64,000 bases of DNA from an uncultured Candidatus Saccharibacteria bacterium (GTDB taxonomy: Bacteria > Patescibacteriota > Minisyncoccia > SW-4-49-11), in the NCBI GenBank assembly GCA_964585065.1, contig CAZPCB010000001.1, positions 226,866-290,865 of the forward strand. Reading direction: 5' to 3'. The position numbers were made by a program, and so were the translations under genes. Below, one piece after another: positions 1-10,039 of the stretch; position 1 is the stretch's first letter; the number at the start of each line of letters is the position of its first letter. Below the pieces are notes generated by a model, which was not told where the DNA came from, searched no databases, and saw only the letters and a program-made list of their open reading frames with translations.

Positions 1-9
1 TGTCTTGCG

Positions 10-420
10 ATGAAAAAGCGTGGATTTGGTATGAATAAATGGAATGGTGTCGGAGGCAAAGTAGAGCCCGGAGAAAGTATTGAACAAGCTGCTATACGAG
101 AAACTGAAGAGGAAATATCTGTTACCATAAAAGATATTGTTAAAGTTGCAGAATTAACATTTTATTTTAGTGATAATCCTGATTGGAATCAAATTGTACA
201 TGTATATTTTACTGAGAATTGGGAGGGTGAGCCTGTCGAAAGCGAAGAAATGAAGCCTCAATGGCATACTATTGATTCTATTCCCTATGAAAATATGTGG
301 CCAGATGATAAGTTTTGGCTACCTGAATTAATAAAAGGACATAAGCTCAAAGCAAGCTTTACTCTAGATTCTCATGATACAATATTAGAGCAACATATTG
401 ATATTGTTAGTGAACTATAA
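10..420 (+). CDS. NUDIX hydrolase (MutT-like)
   Basis: Nudix box GGKVEPGESIEQAAIRETEEEISV (GX5EX7REUXEEXGU) in a 136 aa ORF. Confidence 0.7.
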   Translation: MKKRGFGMNKWNGVGGKVEPGESIEQAAIRETEEEISVTIKDIVKVAELTFYFSDNPDWNQIVHVYFTENWEGEPVESEEMKPQWHTIDSIPYENMWPDDKFWLPELIKGHKLKASFTLDSHDTILEQHIDIVSEL

Positions 421-463
421 ATAATAGATATCCCCTACTCTATATTTTTAATGGTCAAAAATC

Positions 464-1087
464 TTAATCTTTATGTCTTGGTGGATGCCATTTATGTAAT
501 GGTTTATAATCTCCTCCAAATATCCCAATATCCATAGTTGCTGTTAATACCGCTCGCATACATTGATATTCTGCATTAAAATCATGAGTACCAGCTACCC
601 ATTGAGCAGTATTATCATTAGTAATATCTTCTGCATCTAATAAATCCATAATTTCTTCTGGTTGATACCATTGTATTTGTTCTATCTCTTCTTTTTGTAA
701 AGTAAGTGCTGAGATATCTCCATCAAATACGGTAAGAAAATCTCTTACCCAAACATGAGCTGATTTAATTTTACTGGTTCTCCAAGGAATTAATTGAAAT
801 GGATTTACACTTAGTCCAATTTCTTCTCCTAGTTCTTTGAGGGCACTAATTTTAAATGATTCCCCCTCAGTTACATGTCCTCCAAAATGAGTAGACCACG
901 CTCCTGGAGCAAATTCTTTATCAAATGATCTCTGATGACAAAGTATTTGTCCTAAACTGTTGAGTACAAATATATTGGTAGTACGACACCATAACCCTTT
1001 TTCATAGAGTTCTTTACGTGAAACATGCTCCCCTGTGGGTTCACCTGTTTCAGGATTAATAACTTGTAGCATTTCTTGTTGTGACAT
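464..1087 (-). CDS. NUDIX-family hydrolase (IDI-like architecture)
   Basis: GGHVTEGESFKISALKELGEEIGL Nudix-like motif; 207 aa. Confidence 0.6.
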   Translation of the reverse strand: MSQQEMLQVINPETGEPTGEHVSRKELYEKGLWCRTTNIFVLNSLGQILCHQRSFDKEFAPGAWSTHFGGHVTEGESFKISALKELGEEIGLSVNPFQLIPWRTSKIKSAHVWVRDFLTVFDGDISALTLQKEEIEQIQWYQPEEIMDLLDAEDITNDNTAQWVAGTHDFNAEYQCMRAVLTATMDIGIFGGDYKPLHKWHPPRHKD

Positions 1088-1141
1088 ACTAATAATAATT
1101 ATATTATATATTGATAATTATTGCAATAATTTGTATTCTTT

Positions 1142-1243
1142 TCCACCCCAACAAGTAAGCTTGTCACCCCTCAAGAGGGAAGTTTTCTGTACAAGTACCT
1201 TTATATATTCCCCTCTTGAGGGGTGCCCATAGGGCGGGGTGGA
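1142..1243. repeat. GC-rich nested inverted repeat / long hairpin in an A/T-rich divergent intergenic region
   Basis: Perfect 15-bp inverted repeat cacccctcaagaggg (1165-1179) and ccctcttgaggggtg (1211-1225), nested in an 8-bp outer stem tccacccc (1142-1149) / ggggtgga (1236-1243); no flanking T-run. Confidence 0.5.
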
Positions 1244-1377
1244 GTACATAATTTGACCCTATAATAAGTATATGTTAGTGTATAAGTGACCACTTGCTGT
1301 GTTAATTTGTATCACTCAGTTCAAGTCCGACCTCTTGTGTTCATGTCTATTCCACCCTGATTAGGAGTTGACTAGCT

Positions 1378-1620
1378 ATGAAACATTTTCCTTGTGAAAA
1401 AGAGCAAAGAGCTATCATTAACTTGATGTCTAGTAGCTCTTCTATCTCAGAATGGAAACGCAATGCTGAGACAATTCGGCAATTGCATAATGGATTTTTT
1501 CCCCCATTCTGGAACACATTATTGTACGAAAAACCAAACAGTGAAACGCCATCTGTATTCGAAAAAGCCCAAGCAAAATGGCGATTACGTCTATTTGGAA
1601 GAAAAACTGGGTATATTTAA
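1378..1620 (+). CDS. hypothetical small protein
   Basis: 80 aa ORF followed directly by a hairpin plus T-run terminator. Confidence 0.35.
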   Translation: MKHFPCEKEQRAIINLMSSSSSISEWKRNAETIRQLHNGFFPPFWNTLLYEKPNSETPSVFEKAQAKWRLRLFGRKTGYI

Positions 1621-1627
1621 TTTAGCT

Positions 1628-1659
1628 GTCCCTCATATCATTTTATGAGGGACTTTTTA
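1628..1659 (+). terminator. rho-independent terminator
   Basis: gtccctcata...tatgagggac stem followed by ttttt. Confidence 0.55.
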
Positions 1660-1718
1660 TTACTTGACTATTGTATATACTAAGGAGTATACTAAAATAA
1701 CTCACCCATAAGCTCTTT

Positions 1719-1919
1719 ATGTCACACAAAATTTGGGTTTACACAGTAATTATTCCAGGCAATAAGTTGTGTCAACTACATACTCCAGACAATCCTTTAG
1801 AGGATAATAAGATTTACGAATGCAAAGAGTCATTTGGACTCAGTAATACGTTCATTCCTGCTTTTGGACTGGATATTTGCATTATCGGTAAACCGACACC
1901 TCAGAAGGTATTCCCCTAG
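1719..1919 (+). CDS. hypothetical small protein
   Basis: 66 aa ORF followed by a hairpin plus T-run. Confidence 0.3.
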   Translation: MSHKIWVYTVIIPGNKLCQLHTPDNPLEDNKIYECKESFGLSNTFIPAFGLDICIIGKPTPQKVFP

Positions 1920-1942
1920 CCATAAGCTGGGGGAATTTTTTA
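1909..1942 (+). terminator. rho-independent terminator
   Basis: attcccc...ggggaat stem followed by tttttt, between convergent genes. Confidence 0.5.
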
Positions 1943-2494
1943 TTTTATATATTTCCAATTAATATGCTTTTGCTCTCGAATTTGACAGGTTTTTTGTACA
2001 AACCCCTCACGACCTGATCCAATACGATAACTTTGATAATGATTTGGGTTCTTTTCTGAATACTGTTGATGATAGTCTTCAGCTGGATAAAATTCTGTTT
2101 TTGGTAATATATCTACTTGTATTGATTCTGTATATACACCTGAATTATCCAATTCTTGTAAAGTATCTTGTGCAATATTTTGTTCCAATTCATCAGAATA
2201 ATATATTGCTGTCTTATAATTCTCTCCCCTATCTCCAAATTGTCCGCCATCATCAGTGGGGTCAATATGATCGAGGAAAAATTGTGTTAATAGTCGAAAA
2301 TTTGTCTTATTCTCATCATATATTACCTGCACAACTTCTCGATGCTCGGTATTATGACTACTGACATCTTCATAGTTAGCAGTCTCAGCACTACCTCCCA
2401 TATACCCTGAGATTACATCATCTACTCCTGGGGCTTGCCGTAAATCATGCTCTACGCACCAAAAACATCCTCCTGCAAAAACTATTTCTTTCAT
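1940..2494 (-). CDS. msrA: peptide methionine sulfoxide reductase MsrA
   Basis: N-terminal GCFWC active-site motif; 184 aa. Confidence 0.9.
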   Translation of the reverse strand: MKEIVFAGGCFWCVEHDLRQAPGVDDVISGYMGGSAETANYEDVSSHNTEHREVVQVIYDENKTNFRLLTQFFLDHIDPTDDGGQFGDRGENYKTAIYYSDELEQNIAQDTLQELDNSGVYTESIQVDILPKTEFYPAEDYHQQYSEKNPNHYQSYRIGSGREGFVQKTCQIREQKHINWKYIK

Positions 2495-2505
2495 ATTATT
2501 GTTAT

Positions 2506-3522
2506 TTATACCACCAAATTCCCATTTACTTTATTTGGTCTATTGTCAATAGTATGAATAATATCTAAACAAGCGACTACGCCTATCATAATTGCATTAT
2601 CAGTGGATAAGATTTTATTAGGGACTAATAATTCTATTCCATTTTGCTGAGCATAATGTTCAAAAGCCTGCCGTAATTTTGTATTAGCGGTTACCCCACC
2701 TCCAATTACTACTTGATTGACATTATATTCATTGACAGCCCAATTCAATTTTGCTATTAGTACATCGATAACAGCTTGCTCAAAGCTGGCACAAATATTG
2801 GCAATATCAGTATCATTTTGCGGTGGATTATCGCGAATATAATATAATACTGCAGTTTTTAGCCCAGAAAATGACATATTTCCATTCCCGGAATTGAGCA
2901 TTGGTCTTGGGAAAGCTATTGCATCTGCATCTCCACTTTGAGCTAACTTAGAGATTTTGGGTCCTCCCGGATATCCTAAATTAAGCATTTTTGCCACCTT
3001 ATCAAAAGCCTCTCCCGCGGCATCATCTTGAGTAATACCTACAATTTCATACTCATTATACGCTTTGACTAAAACCAGCTCAGTATGCCCACCTGATATG
3101 GTATAGGCGATAAATGGATAGCTCGGAGGTATATAACCCTCTAATGCCTCATTTAATAACCCAGAGAACATATGTCCATGCATATGATTAACAGGTATTA
3201 GAGGAACTCCCAATACTTCTGCTAATAAAGTTGCCATATTTACTCCTACAAATAATGAGGGCTCAAGTCCTGGCCCTACGGTAACAGCAATAGCATCAAT
3301 ATCCCTTCCATTCTGATGAATAAATTCCTGCAACATTCCTGGTAATTTTTTATTATGTAGACGAGAAGCTAATGCTGGTACCACTCCCCCATATTGACTA
3401 TGCTCTTCTATTTGAGAATATACAATATGATCAAGTACTTTAAAATTCTGAGCTTCTTTGTCAAGACTCAATAAAGCGAGTGCTGTTTCATCACAGGATG
3501 TTTCAATAGCAAGTATTTTCAT
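2506..3522 (-). CDS. tsaD: tRNA N6-adenosine threonylcarbamoyltransferase TsaD
   Basis: MKILAIETSCDETALALL start of the Kae1/YgjD family; 338 aa. Confidence 0.9.
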   Translation of the reverse strand: MKILAIETSCDETALALLSLDKEAQNFKVLDHIVYSQIEEHSQYGGVVPALASRLHNKKLPGMLQEFIHQNGRDIDAIAVTVGPGLEPSLFVGVNMATLLAEVLGVPLIPVNHMHGHMFSGLLNEALEGYIPPSYPFIAYTISGGHTELVLVKAYNEYEIVGITQDDAAGEAFDKVAKMLNLGYPGGPKISKLAQSGDADAIAFPRPMLNSGNGNMSFSGLKTAVLYYIRDNPPQNDTDIANICASFEQAVIDVLIAKLNWAVNEYNVNQVVIGGGVTANTKLRQAFEHYAQQNGIELLVPNKILSTDNAIMIGVVACLDIIHTIDNRPNKVNGNLVV

Positions 3523-3561
3523 ATCTATAGTTTGCCAGATTTAGACACTTGAGTCAAATAC

Positions 3562-4563
3562 TTATACTTTGGCTAATAATTGGGCCCAGAATTGAGCTAT
3601 TGCTTGATAACTATATTTACGCTGGAATTGTGCTGAGGCATAGTCTCTGACTTCTCGCTTTTTTGATTCACTTCTTTGCAAAACATCAATACAAGCGGTA
3701 AGCTCGCTGCTAGATGCCTGATTATAATATAATGCTCCGCGTCCTAATAAGGTTTGATATATTTCTTCTCTTGGAGCGATAACAATAGTCCCAGAGGCTA
3801 GTGCATGCAATATATGATAGCTAATGGTCTCATCTATAGGACCACTCACAATAAGACAATCTAATAATTCATAAACTATTGGTAACTCCTCTCGGAGTAA
3901 TTGTGGAAGTACAAAACTGCCTTTTTGATTTTGTACATCATACCATTCACAATTATTATACTCGAGATAAGAAATAAGCTCACTACTCATAGAGCCTACA
4001 TGTCCACATACAAATGATTTCCTAATAACTTGATCTTCATATTGTATTAATCCAGTATTTTGTTTGATATCCAATACTAATTGTGTATCAAGGTCAAGAA
4101 AATGTTGATAATTAATGCGAGGGAAAGGACTATAGGATATTCTTTTTTGAAAATTAACTCGAGCGGTATATTCAGGATATATATTCATAGCATATCCTGC
4201 TATTTCTTTTTCAAGTAAAGAATTATATACTCTTACTCTCTGAATAGTAGGATTTTGCCTCAAATTCCAGGTAATGAATTGAGGTATATCCCCAATTTCT
4301 ATACAAGTATCTATGGTATAATTTTGTATCAATTCTCGCATTGATTGATAATCATTGAGCTTGAATATTGAGCGAGATAATAAGTGTACCGTATCAATAT
4401 CTACAATTGAACGGGCAATATCAGCAAGTTCCAAATTCCACATTACAAATTGAATATTGGATCTTAGATTTTGCTTAATTTGTTGAAACAGTTCGAACCA
4501 ATGAATTGCTTGCTCTCTTTCACAATCTATCAGTACGGCTATGTGGTGAACTTTTCGAATCAT
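3562..4563 (-). CDS. glycosyltransferase, GT1/GT4-like
   Basis: C-terminal ...HALASGTIVIAPREE... resembles the GT-B donor-binding motif. Confidence 0.45.
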   Translation of the reverse strand: MIRKVHHIAVLIDCEREQAIHWFELFQQIKQNLRSNIQFVMWNLELADIARSIVDIDTVHLLSRSIFKLNDYQSMRELIQNYTIDTCIEIGDIPQFITWNLRQNPTIQRVRVYNSLLEKEIAGYAMNIYPEYTARVNFQKRISYSPFPRINYQHFLDLDTQLVLDIKQNTGLIQYEDQVIRKSFVCGHVGSMSSELISYLEYNNCEWYDVQNQKGSFVLPQLLREELPIVYELLDCLIVSGPIDETISYHILHALASGTIVIAPREEIYQTLLGRGALYYNQASSSELTACIDVLQRSESKKREVRDYASAQFQRKYSYQAIAQFWAQLLAKV

Positions 4564-4568
4564 ATGCT

Positions 4569-5564
4569 TTATGGGAGATATTGTTGCTTTGCTTTACTAT
4601 GTTCTTCAAAGGTCTTTGAGAATATAGTCTTGGGAGGATTATCTCTGGTTGTGAGGAAAAAGTAATAATCATTTGGTATAGGATTAATAACTGATTTTAT
4701 CGCATCTACACTAGGATTGGTAATAGGTCCTGGAGGAAGCCCGACAACTTGATAGGTATTATAGGGAGAGTCAATTTTTAAATCATCCAAAGTGGATTGA
4801 GAGCGCCCTGATTGAGTAATAAAATTAACTGTTGCATCACTTTGTAATTTCATTCCATCTTTCAATCTATTGAGGAATATTCCCGCTACAATTTGTCTGT
4901 CTTTAGGAATTGCAACCTCTTTTTCTATAATAGAAGCTAATACTAATACCTGATAACTTGATAAGGTATCGGTATCTTTAAGACTAGGTAAAGCTTTCTT
5001 TTGAAAATTATTCACCATTTTAATAATTACTTCTTCGGCATTGGCATTATCAAAAAGTCGATAGGTATCAGGGTATAAATATCCTTGTAATGATTTATTT
5101 TCAATAAAGTCATATTGAGTGGTATCAAATTTCTCTGTTGCTTTGACAAAATCTGCCCGGCTAAAACTCAGCCCTGATTCAAGAATATCTCCTATTTCAT
5201 AAATATCTGAACCTTCTGGAATAGTTATAGTAACTTCTGGTCTTGTCAATAAACCTCGAGCTATCATTTTGATAACCTGATCCGTATTCATTGTGTTAGT
5301 AATAGTATATGTTGCAGACTTTGGAGTTAATCTCCTAAATGCAATATAAAAATTAAGGCCATTTGTTTTGGAAATAATATTCTCTTGTTGTAAATTACCA
5401 ATAATAGTATCCCAAGACTCATTTTCTTTTACCTGAAATGTTATCGAATCCTGTATGGCAACAGGAGCTCCTAGAGTATTCACTACATTTACAATATAAA
5501 CAGCTCCTATAATACCTATTATAAATATTCCTAATAATACCCAATATATAACTTTTTTTAGCAT
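4569..5564 (-). CDS. mltG: endolytic murein transglycosylase MltG (YceG-like)
   Basis: N-terminal TM segment plus YceG-like signature ...ASIIEKE...AGIFLNRL... Confidence 0.8.
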   Translation of the reverse strand: MLKKVIYWVLLGIFIIGIIGAVYIVNVVNTLGAPVAIQDSITFQVKENESWDTIIGNLQQENIISKTNGLNFYIAFRRLTPKSATYTITNTMNTDQVIKMIARGLLTRPEVTITIPEGSDIYEIGDILESGLSFSRADFVKATEKFDTTQYDFIENKSLQGYLYPDTYRLFDNANAEEVIIKMVNNFQKKALPSLKDTDTLSSYQVLVLASIIEKEVAIPKDRQIVAGIFLNRLKDGMKLQSDATVNFITQSGRSQSTLDDLKIDSPYNTYQVVGLPPGPITNPSVDAIKSVINPIPNDYYFFLTTRDNPPKTIFSKTFEEHSKAKQQYLP

Positions 5565-5568
5565 ATTA

Positions 5569-6639
5569 TCATACTTTATCTTCGAGATTTGCTAGCCTCA
5601 ATAAAGCATTTATTTGCTTTACATCTTGAACCTTATCGATATGGGATACCAATAATGCATCTTGAGTCTCTACTATAACTATATCACGAATTCCAATTGT
5701 GGCAATAATTTTATCCTTATTATGAGAATGTACCAGTATATGTTCTGAGTCAATATCAAAATGTTTAGAGCTACCTTTATGAGTTACTGTCACATCATCA
5801 CCTTGTAGCATATCTTTAAGCGCAGACCAAGAACCAATATCACTCCAACCAATATCAGCAGGGATTACTGCAATATGATTAGCTTTTTCCATAATTCCAT
5901 AATCAAAACTAATAGCATCTGTTTGACTATATAATTCCTCAATATTAGCGATATTATTTTCCTCTATATTGGCTAAGACCTTTGCAGTATCTGGTAAATA
6001 TTCCTGATACATTGATGCTAATGTCTGTTTTTGAACTACAAACATACCAGAATTCCAAACATAATGTCCATCAGCAAGATATTCTGTAGCTGTTTTGAAA
6101 TCAGGCTTTTCTACAAAGGCATCAACTTCATATACTGATATGGATTGATTTTCTACCAGAGAGTCTTGACTATATTTGATATAACCATATCCCGTCTCAG
6201 GAGCTGTTGGGGTAATACCAAGAGTAATAATATATTCTGGAGATTGTTGCAAAAATTCATCCGCAATTTGTAATATATGACATAATTCTTGCGGCTTATG
6301 AATATAATGATCCGCTGCCAAAAAAGCAATAGCTTCATCAGGACTTGCCTCAACCGATATGCTCGCAAGCCCAATTGCAGGAGCAGTATCTCTTTTTTCT
6401 GGTTCTAAAATAATATGATTAGTTGCAAGATCTGGTAATTCTTGTAATACTTCCTCTCTATATTGATGATTTGTTGCAATATAAATATCCTCTAAACTAA
6501 AATGACTTAATAGTCGCTTTACTGTCATTTGCAACATTGTCTCCTCACCGAATAATGGTTGAAATTGTTTAGGCTTAGAAATTCTACTAAGAGGCCATAA
6601 TCGTGTTCCGGTACCCCCCGCCATAATAATAATTTTCAT
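5569..6639 (-). CDS. mannose-1-phosphate guanylyltransferase (GDP-mannose pyrophosphorylase)
   Basis: MKIIIMAGGTGTRLWPLS nucleotidyltransferase motif; 356 aa. Confidence 0.8.
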   Translation of the reverse strand: MKIIIMAGGTGTRLWPLSRISKPKQFQPLFGEETMLQMTVKRLLSHFSLEDIYIATNHQYREEVLQELPDLATNHIILEPEKRDTAPAIGLASISVEASPDEAIAFLAADHYIHKPQELCHILQIADEFLQQSPEYIITLGITPTAPETGYGYIKYSQDSLVENQSISVYEVDAFVEKPDFKTATEYLADGHYVWNSGMFVVQKQTLASMYQEYLPDTAKVLANIEENNIANIEELYSQTDAISFDYGIMEKANHIAVIPADIGWSDIGSWSALKDMLQGDDVTVTHKGSSKHFDIDSEHILVHSHNKDKIIATIGIRDIVIVETQDALLVSHIDKVQDVKQINALLRLANLEDKV

Positions 6640-6650
6640 ATCTATACCGT

Positions 6651-7358
6651 TTATTTGCCTCTTCTTTGCCCTCTTGTTTTATACTCTGCAATCGCTTTAT
6701 CAAATTCCTGCATATTAAAATCTGGATAATTAGTATCCGTAAAATAATATTGTGAATTAGCGGTATCCCACATCATAAATCCCACACTATTATGAGGCTC
6801 TCCTCCTGTACGAATTAATAAATCTACTGGAGGTAAATCCTTCGTATATAATGATTGCTTAATAAGTTCTGGGGTGACTATTAAGTCTGGGTTTTGTAAT
6901 TTTTGTTCACTAATAGATTGAATAGCTCTTAGCATTTCTTCATCTCCATTATATCCAAGGAGAAAATTAAGAGTATAATTAGAGTATCCTTGCGTTGTAT
7001 CAATAACTTTTTGAATAATTTTTTGTAGTGATTCTGGGAATAATTCTTGCCAGCGGCCTAAAATATTTACTCTTATCCCTTGCTTGTGAATTTCTTTATA
7101 AGTCAGTAAATTTTGAAGATGTTTTTGAAATCCTCTGTATAAATGGGTAACTTCATCTTCTGGTCTTTTTACCAAATTATCCAATGAAGCCCCCCATAAT
7201 GTTAGATTTCGAACTCTTCCAATAAAAGCTTTTTCTATAATTTCACGAGTTCTCTCAAATCCCTCCAAATGTCCTTTTTCTGGAGCCTTTCTATTAGCAC
7301 GAGCCCAACGACGATTCCCATCAGGAATAATTGCAATATGATCTATCATAGTATCCAA
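6651..7358 (-). CDS. uppS: undecaprenyl diphosphate synthase
   Basis: HIAIIPDGNRRWA motif; 235 aa. Confidence 0.9.
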   Translation of the reverse strand: MDTMIDHIAIIPDGNRRWARANRKAPEKGHLEGFERTREIIEKAFIGRVRNLTLWGASLDNLVKRPEDEVTHLYRGFQKHLQNLLTYKEIHKQGIRVNILGRWQELFPESLQKIIQKVIDTTQGYSNYTLNFLLGYNGDEEMLRAIQSISEQKLQNPDLIVTPELIKQSLYTKDLPPVDLLIRTGGEPHNSVGFMMWDTANSQYYFTDTNYPDFNMQEFDKAIAEYKTRGQRRGK

Positions 7359-7372
7359 ATTTTATTCATATA

Positions 7373-8725
7373 TTATAGCATATTTTGCGTAATTTTCCAG
7401 ACATCTCCAGCTCCCATAGTCACAACAATAGTATCTGGACCTTGTATTTGCTCTAAATCAGATATAAGGACTGATTCAGTCTCATATATTTTGATATTTT
7501 TATTATTAATATATGGTAATATATCAGTACTAGTAATTATACCCTTTTGTTCTCGGGCTGAGGAATATATTGGGAGAAGATAAATATAATCAGCTTCAGA
7601 TAAAGCCTCACCAAATTCTTGCAATAAGGCTTGTGTACGACTAAAAGTATGGGGCTGAAATACACAATGAATACTATGATGAGGATATTTTTCTCTCAAA
7701 GCCTGTAATCCTGCCATAATTTCAGTTGGATGATGAGCATAATCATCAATAATAACAACTCCATCCTGTGTTATACTTTTATATTCAAGTCGTCTTTGCG
7801 TTCCATGAAATCCAACTAATGCTTTTATGCTCTCATTAATATCAAATCCTCTTGAGTATAATAAGGCAATACAAGACAAAGCATTCAGGCGATTATGCTC
7901 TCCTGCAATAGCTAGTGTTAATTGATTATATTTTATTTTCTCAATAATAACATTATTATTTTCATCTAAAGTAATATCATTATCTCTATTAACCCCAAAT
8001 TTGATCATTTTTCTATTTTTATCTTTAATATTAGGGAGAATATATTGTGCTATATTTTTATCGTCTCCATTGATAATTAAAGGCTTATCTGAGGGCAAAT
8101 TATCAATTACATTAACAAAGGCTTGATAATAGATATCTGGGGTTTGAAAAAAATCGGGATGATCATAATCGACATTAAGTATAATTAATCCTCCAATATC
8201 AAGATCCAAAAAATGATTCTGATATTCATCCGCCTCTACCACAAGGTATTTTGAATGCTCATCTCCTATACGAGCATTTCCCCCAAATTGAGGAACCACA
8301 CTACCAATAACACCAAAAGGATTTTGCTTTAATTCTTGTAAAGCAAAAGTTAATAAAGCTGAAGTTGTTGTCTTCCCATGCGAACCAGCTACCGCAATAG
8401 TATAATCAAATTGTTTGCTAATATTCCCTAAAGCCTGACTATAGGTAAAAAGAGGAATATTGCGAGATAATAATTCAATCACCTCTGGATTAGTTGGCTC
8501 TTTTCCCTCAATATAATAAGCTCCAGAGACAACCGCATATTCAATTTCAGGAGGAATATTCTTACTATCAAAGGGTGATTTTACCGAAATATGAGAGCTC
8601 GCTAATACCACATCTGTCATAAAAACCTCAGCCACATCACTGCCCATTACCTGTATTCCTTTTGCCTGTAAAACCTGAGCTAAAGCTGTCATTCCAACCC
8701 CTTTAATCCCGACCAAATATACCAT
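7373..8725 (-). CDS. murC: UDP-N-acetylmuramate--L-alanine ligase MurC
   Basis: N-terminal IKGVGMTALA Rossmann segment and Mur-ligase P-loop GSHGKTTTSALL. Confidence 0.8.
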   Translation of the reverse strand: MVYLVGIKGVGMTALAQVLQAKGIQVMGSDVAEVFMTDVVLASSHISVKSPFDSKNIPPEIEYAVVSGAYYIEGKEPTNPEVIELLSRNIPLFTYSQALGNISKQFDYTIAVAGSHGKTTTSALLTFALQELKQNPFGVIGSVVPQFGGNARIGDEHSKYLVVEADEYQNHFLDLDIGGLIILNVDYDHPDFFQTPDIYYQAFVNVIDNLPSDKPLIINGDDKNIAQYILPNIKDKNRKMIKFGVNRDNDITLDENNNVIIEKIKYNQLTLAIAGEHNRLNALSCIALLYSRGFDINESIKALVGFHGTQRRLEYKSITQDGVVIIDDYAHHPTEIMAGLQALREKYPHHSIHCVFQPHTFSRTQALLQEFGEALSEADYIYLLPIYSSAREQKGIITSTDILPYINNKNIKIYETESVLISDLEQIQGPDTIVVTMGAGDVWKITQNML

Positions 8726-8727
8726 AA

Positions 8728-9834
8728 TTACTGATTTAATGAGAATAATTGCTCAGCAATACGAATAGCGGCATCTGGAGTTGCAAATTGAATAGTTTGA
8801 GCAGACATAGACTCCATAATATTAGGTTGTCTTAATAATTCATCTATTTTACCAAGTACAATATTTGGAGTAAAATTAGGCTCTTCTAATACAATACTTG
8901 CTCCAATTTTTGCCATTTCATAAGCATTAGAACGCTGTTGTCCAGCATCAACCGTAATAGGCACGAGAATACTTGGCTTACGAGTAAGACAAATATCAGT
9001 AATGCTTGATGCTCCAGCCCTTGATATTACTAAATCTGCAGCTGCATAAGCATGCTTCATATCATTATCAAGAAACCCAGCATAATGATATAATCTTTCT
9101 TGACTTGGAGGAAGTGATTTCTTGACTTTAGAGGCAGCAAGTATATTATTATTTCCTACAATATGAATAATTTCTACACTATTAGTTAAATTGGGTAAAA
9201 TACTCCATATAACTTCATTCATAATTTTGGAACCTTGACTTCCACCCACCACTAATAATACGGGCTTTTCAAAAGTTAATTCAAAAACCCTCCCCGCATC
9301 TTCACGACTACCCTCAGCAATATCTGGATGAGTCATATTCCCCACAATACTGGTTTTCTTTTCTCCAAAGACAGAAGCCACATTAGGAAATCCAACTGCT
9401 ACTACACTCGCAAAACGCCCCAAAAATTTATTGGCTAGTCCCGGCACAGAATCTGATTCATGAATTAATGTGGGTACTTGATATATCCATGATATTAATA
9501 CTCCTGGAACACTGGCATAGCCACCTTTTCCAAATGTAATATCTGGCATAAATTTCCAAATATACCATTGTGCTTTGAATAGACCTGCAATTGCTCGGAA
9601 TATATCAAAGAAATTATCAAAAGAAAAATATCGCCTAATTTTACCTGCATATACTGATTTATACGGGATATTATGCGCTTCCAATAATGATTTACCCACT
9701 TCATCAAGATGCCCAACCAATAAAAATTCTATAGGGATTTGTTTTTCTTGAGCTAATCGCTCTAATTCCTGTTTAACTGCAATAATAGGTAAAATATGAC
9801 CTCCAGTTCCCCCACTCGCGAATAATACTCTCAT
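8728..9834 (-). CDS. murG: MurG undecaprenyl-PP-MurNAc-pentapeptide GlcNAc transferase
   Basis: MRVLFASGGTGGHILP N-terminus typical of MurG; 368 aa. Confidence 0.9.
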   Translation of the reverse strand: MRVLFASGGTGGHILPIIAVKQELERLAQEKQIPIEFLLVGHLDEVGKSLLEAHNIPYKSVYAGKIRRYFSFDNFFDIFRAIAGLFKAQWYIWKFMPDITFGKGGYASVPGVLISWIYQVPTLIHESDSVPGLANKFLGRFASVVAVGFPNVASVFGEKKTSIVGNMTHPDIAEGSREDAGRVFELTFEKPVLLVVGGSQGSKIMNEVIWSILPNLTNSVEIIHIVGNNNILAASKVKKSLPPSQERLYHYAGFLDNDMKHAYAAADLVISRAGASSITDICLTRKPSILVPITVDAGQQRSNAYEMAKIGASIVLEEPNFTPNIVLGKIDELLRQPNIMESMSAQTIQFATPDAAIRIAEQLFSLNQ

Positions 9835-9933
9835 ATATGTTTTGTCTATATAGTATTATTGTATACAAGATTATAGCTTTGGTCAAATAATTGACCCATT
9901 TGTAATTAATAGTTGTCCTCCCTTGGGGGAGGT

Positions 9934-9963
9934 GTTCATACTATAATATATTATAGTATGAAC
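9934..9963. promoter_or_regulatory. 30-nt perfect A/T-rich palindrome flanked by short GC hairpins in the ligA-murG spacer
   Basis: gttcatactataat-at-attatagtatgaac; flanking stems cctccc/gggagg (9917-9932) and ccctcg/cgaggg (10014-10029). Confidence 0.4.
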
Positions 9964-10039
9964 GGAGGAGGATTAACACAAGAAAATGTCCACACCCACC
10001 ACTTCGTGGTACCCCCTCGCCAGCGAGGGACAATTAAGT

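Noticed and set aside
1035-1232. 65-aa plus-strand ORF overlapping the NUDIX gene end and the GC hairpin
   Set aside because: It is Cys/Ile-rich nonsense over a structured repeat and overlaps the start of the gene on the other strand; a frame artefact.
9934-9963. The 30-nt palindrome as a rho-independent terminator for ligA
   Set aside because: Its stem is almost pure A/T and no T-run follows on the minus strand. A protein-binding site or RNA structural element is more likely.
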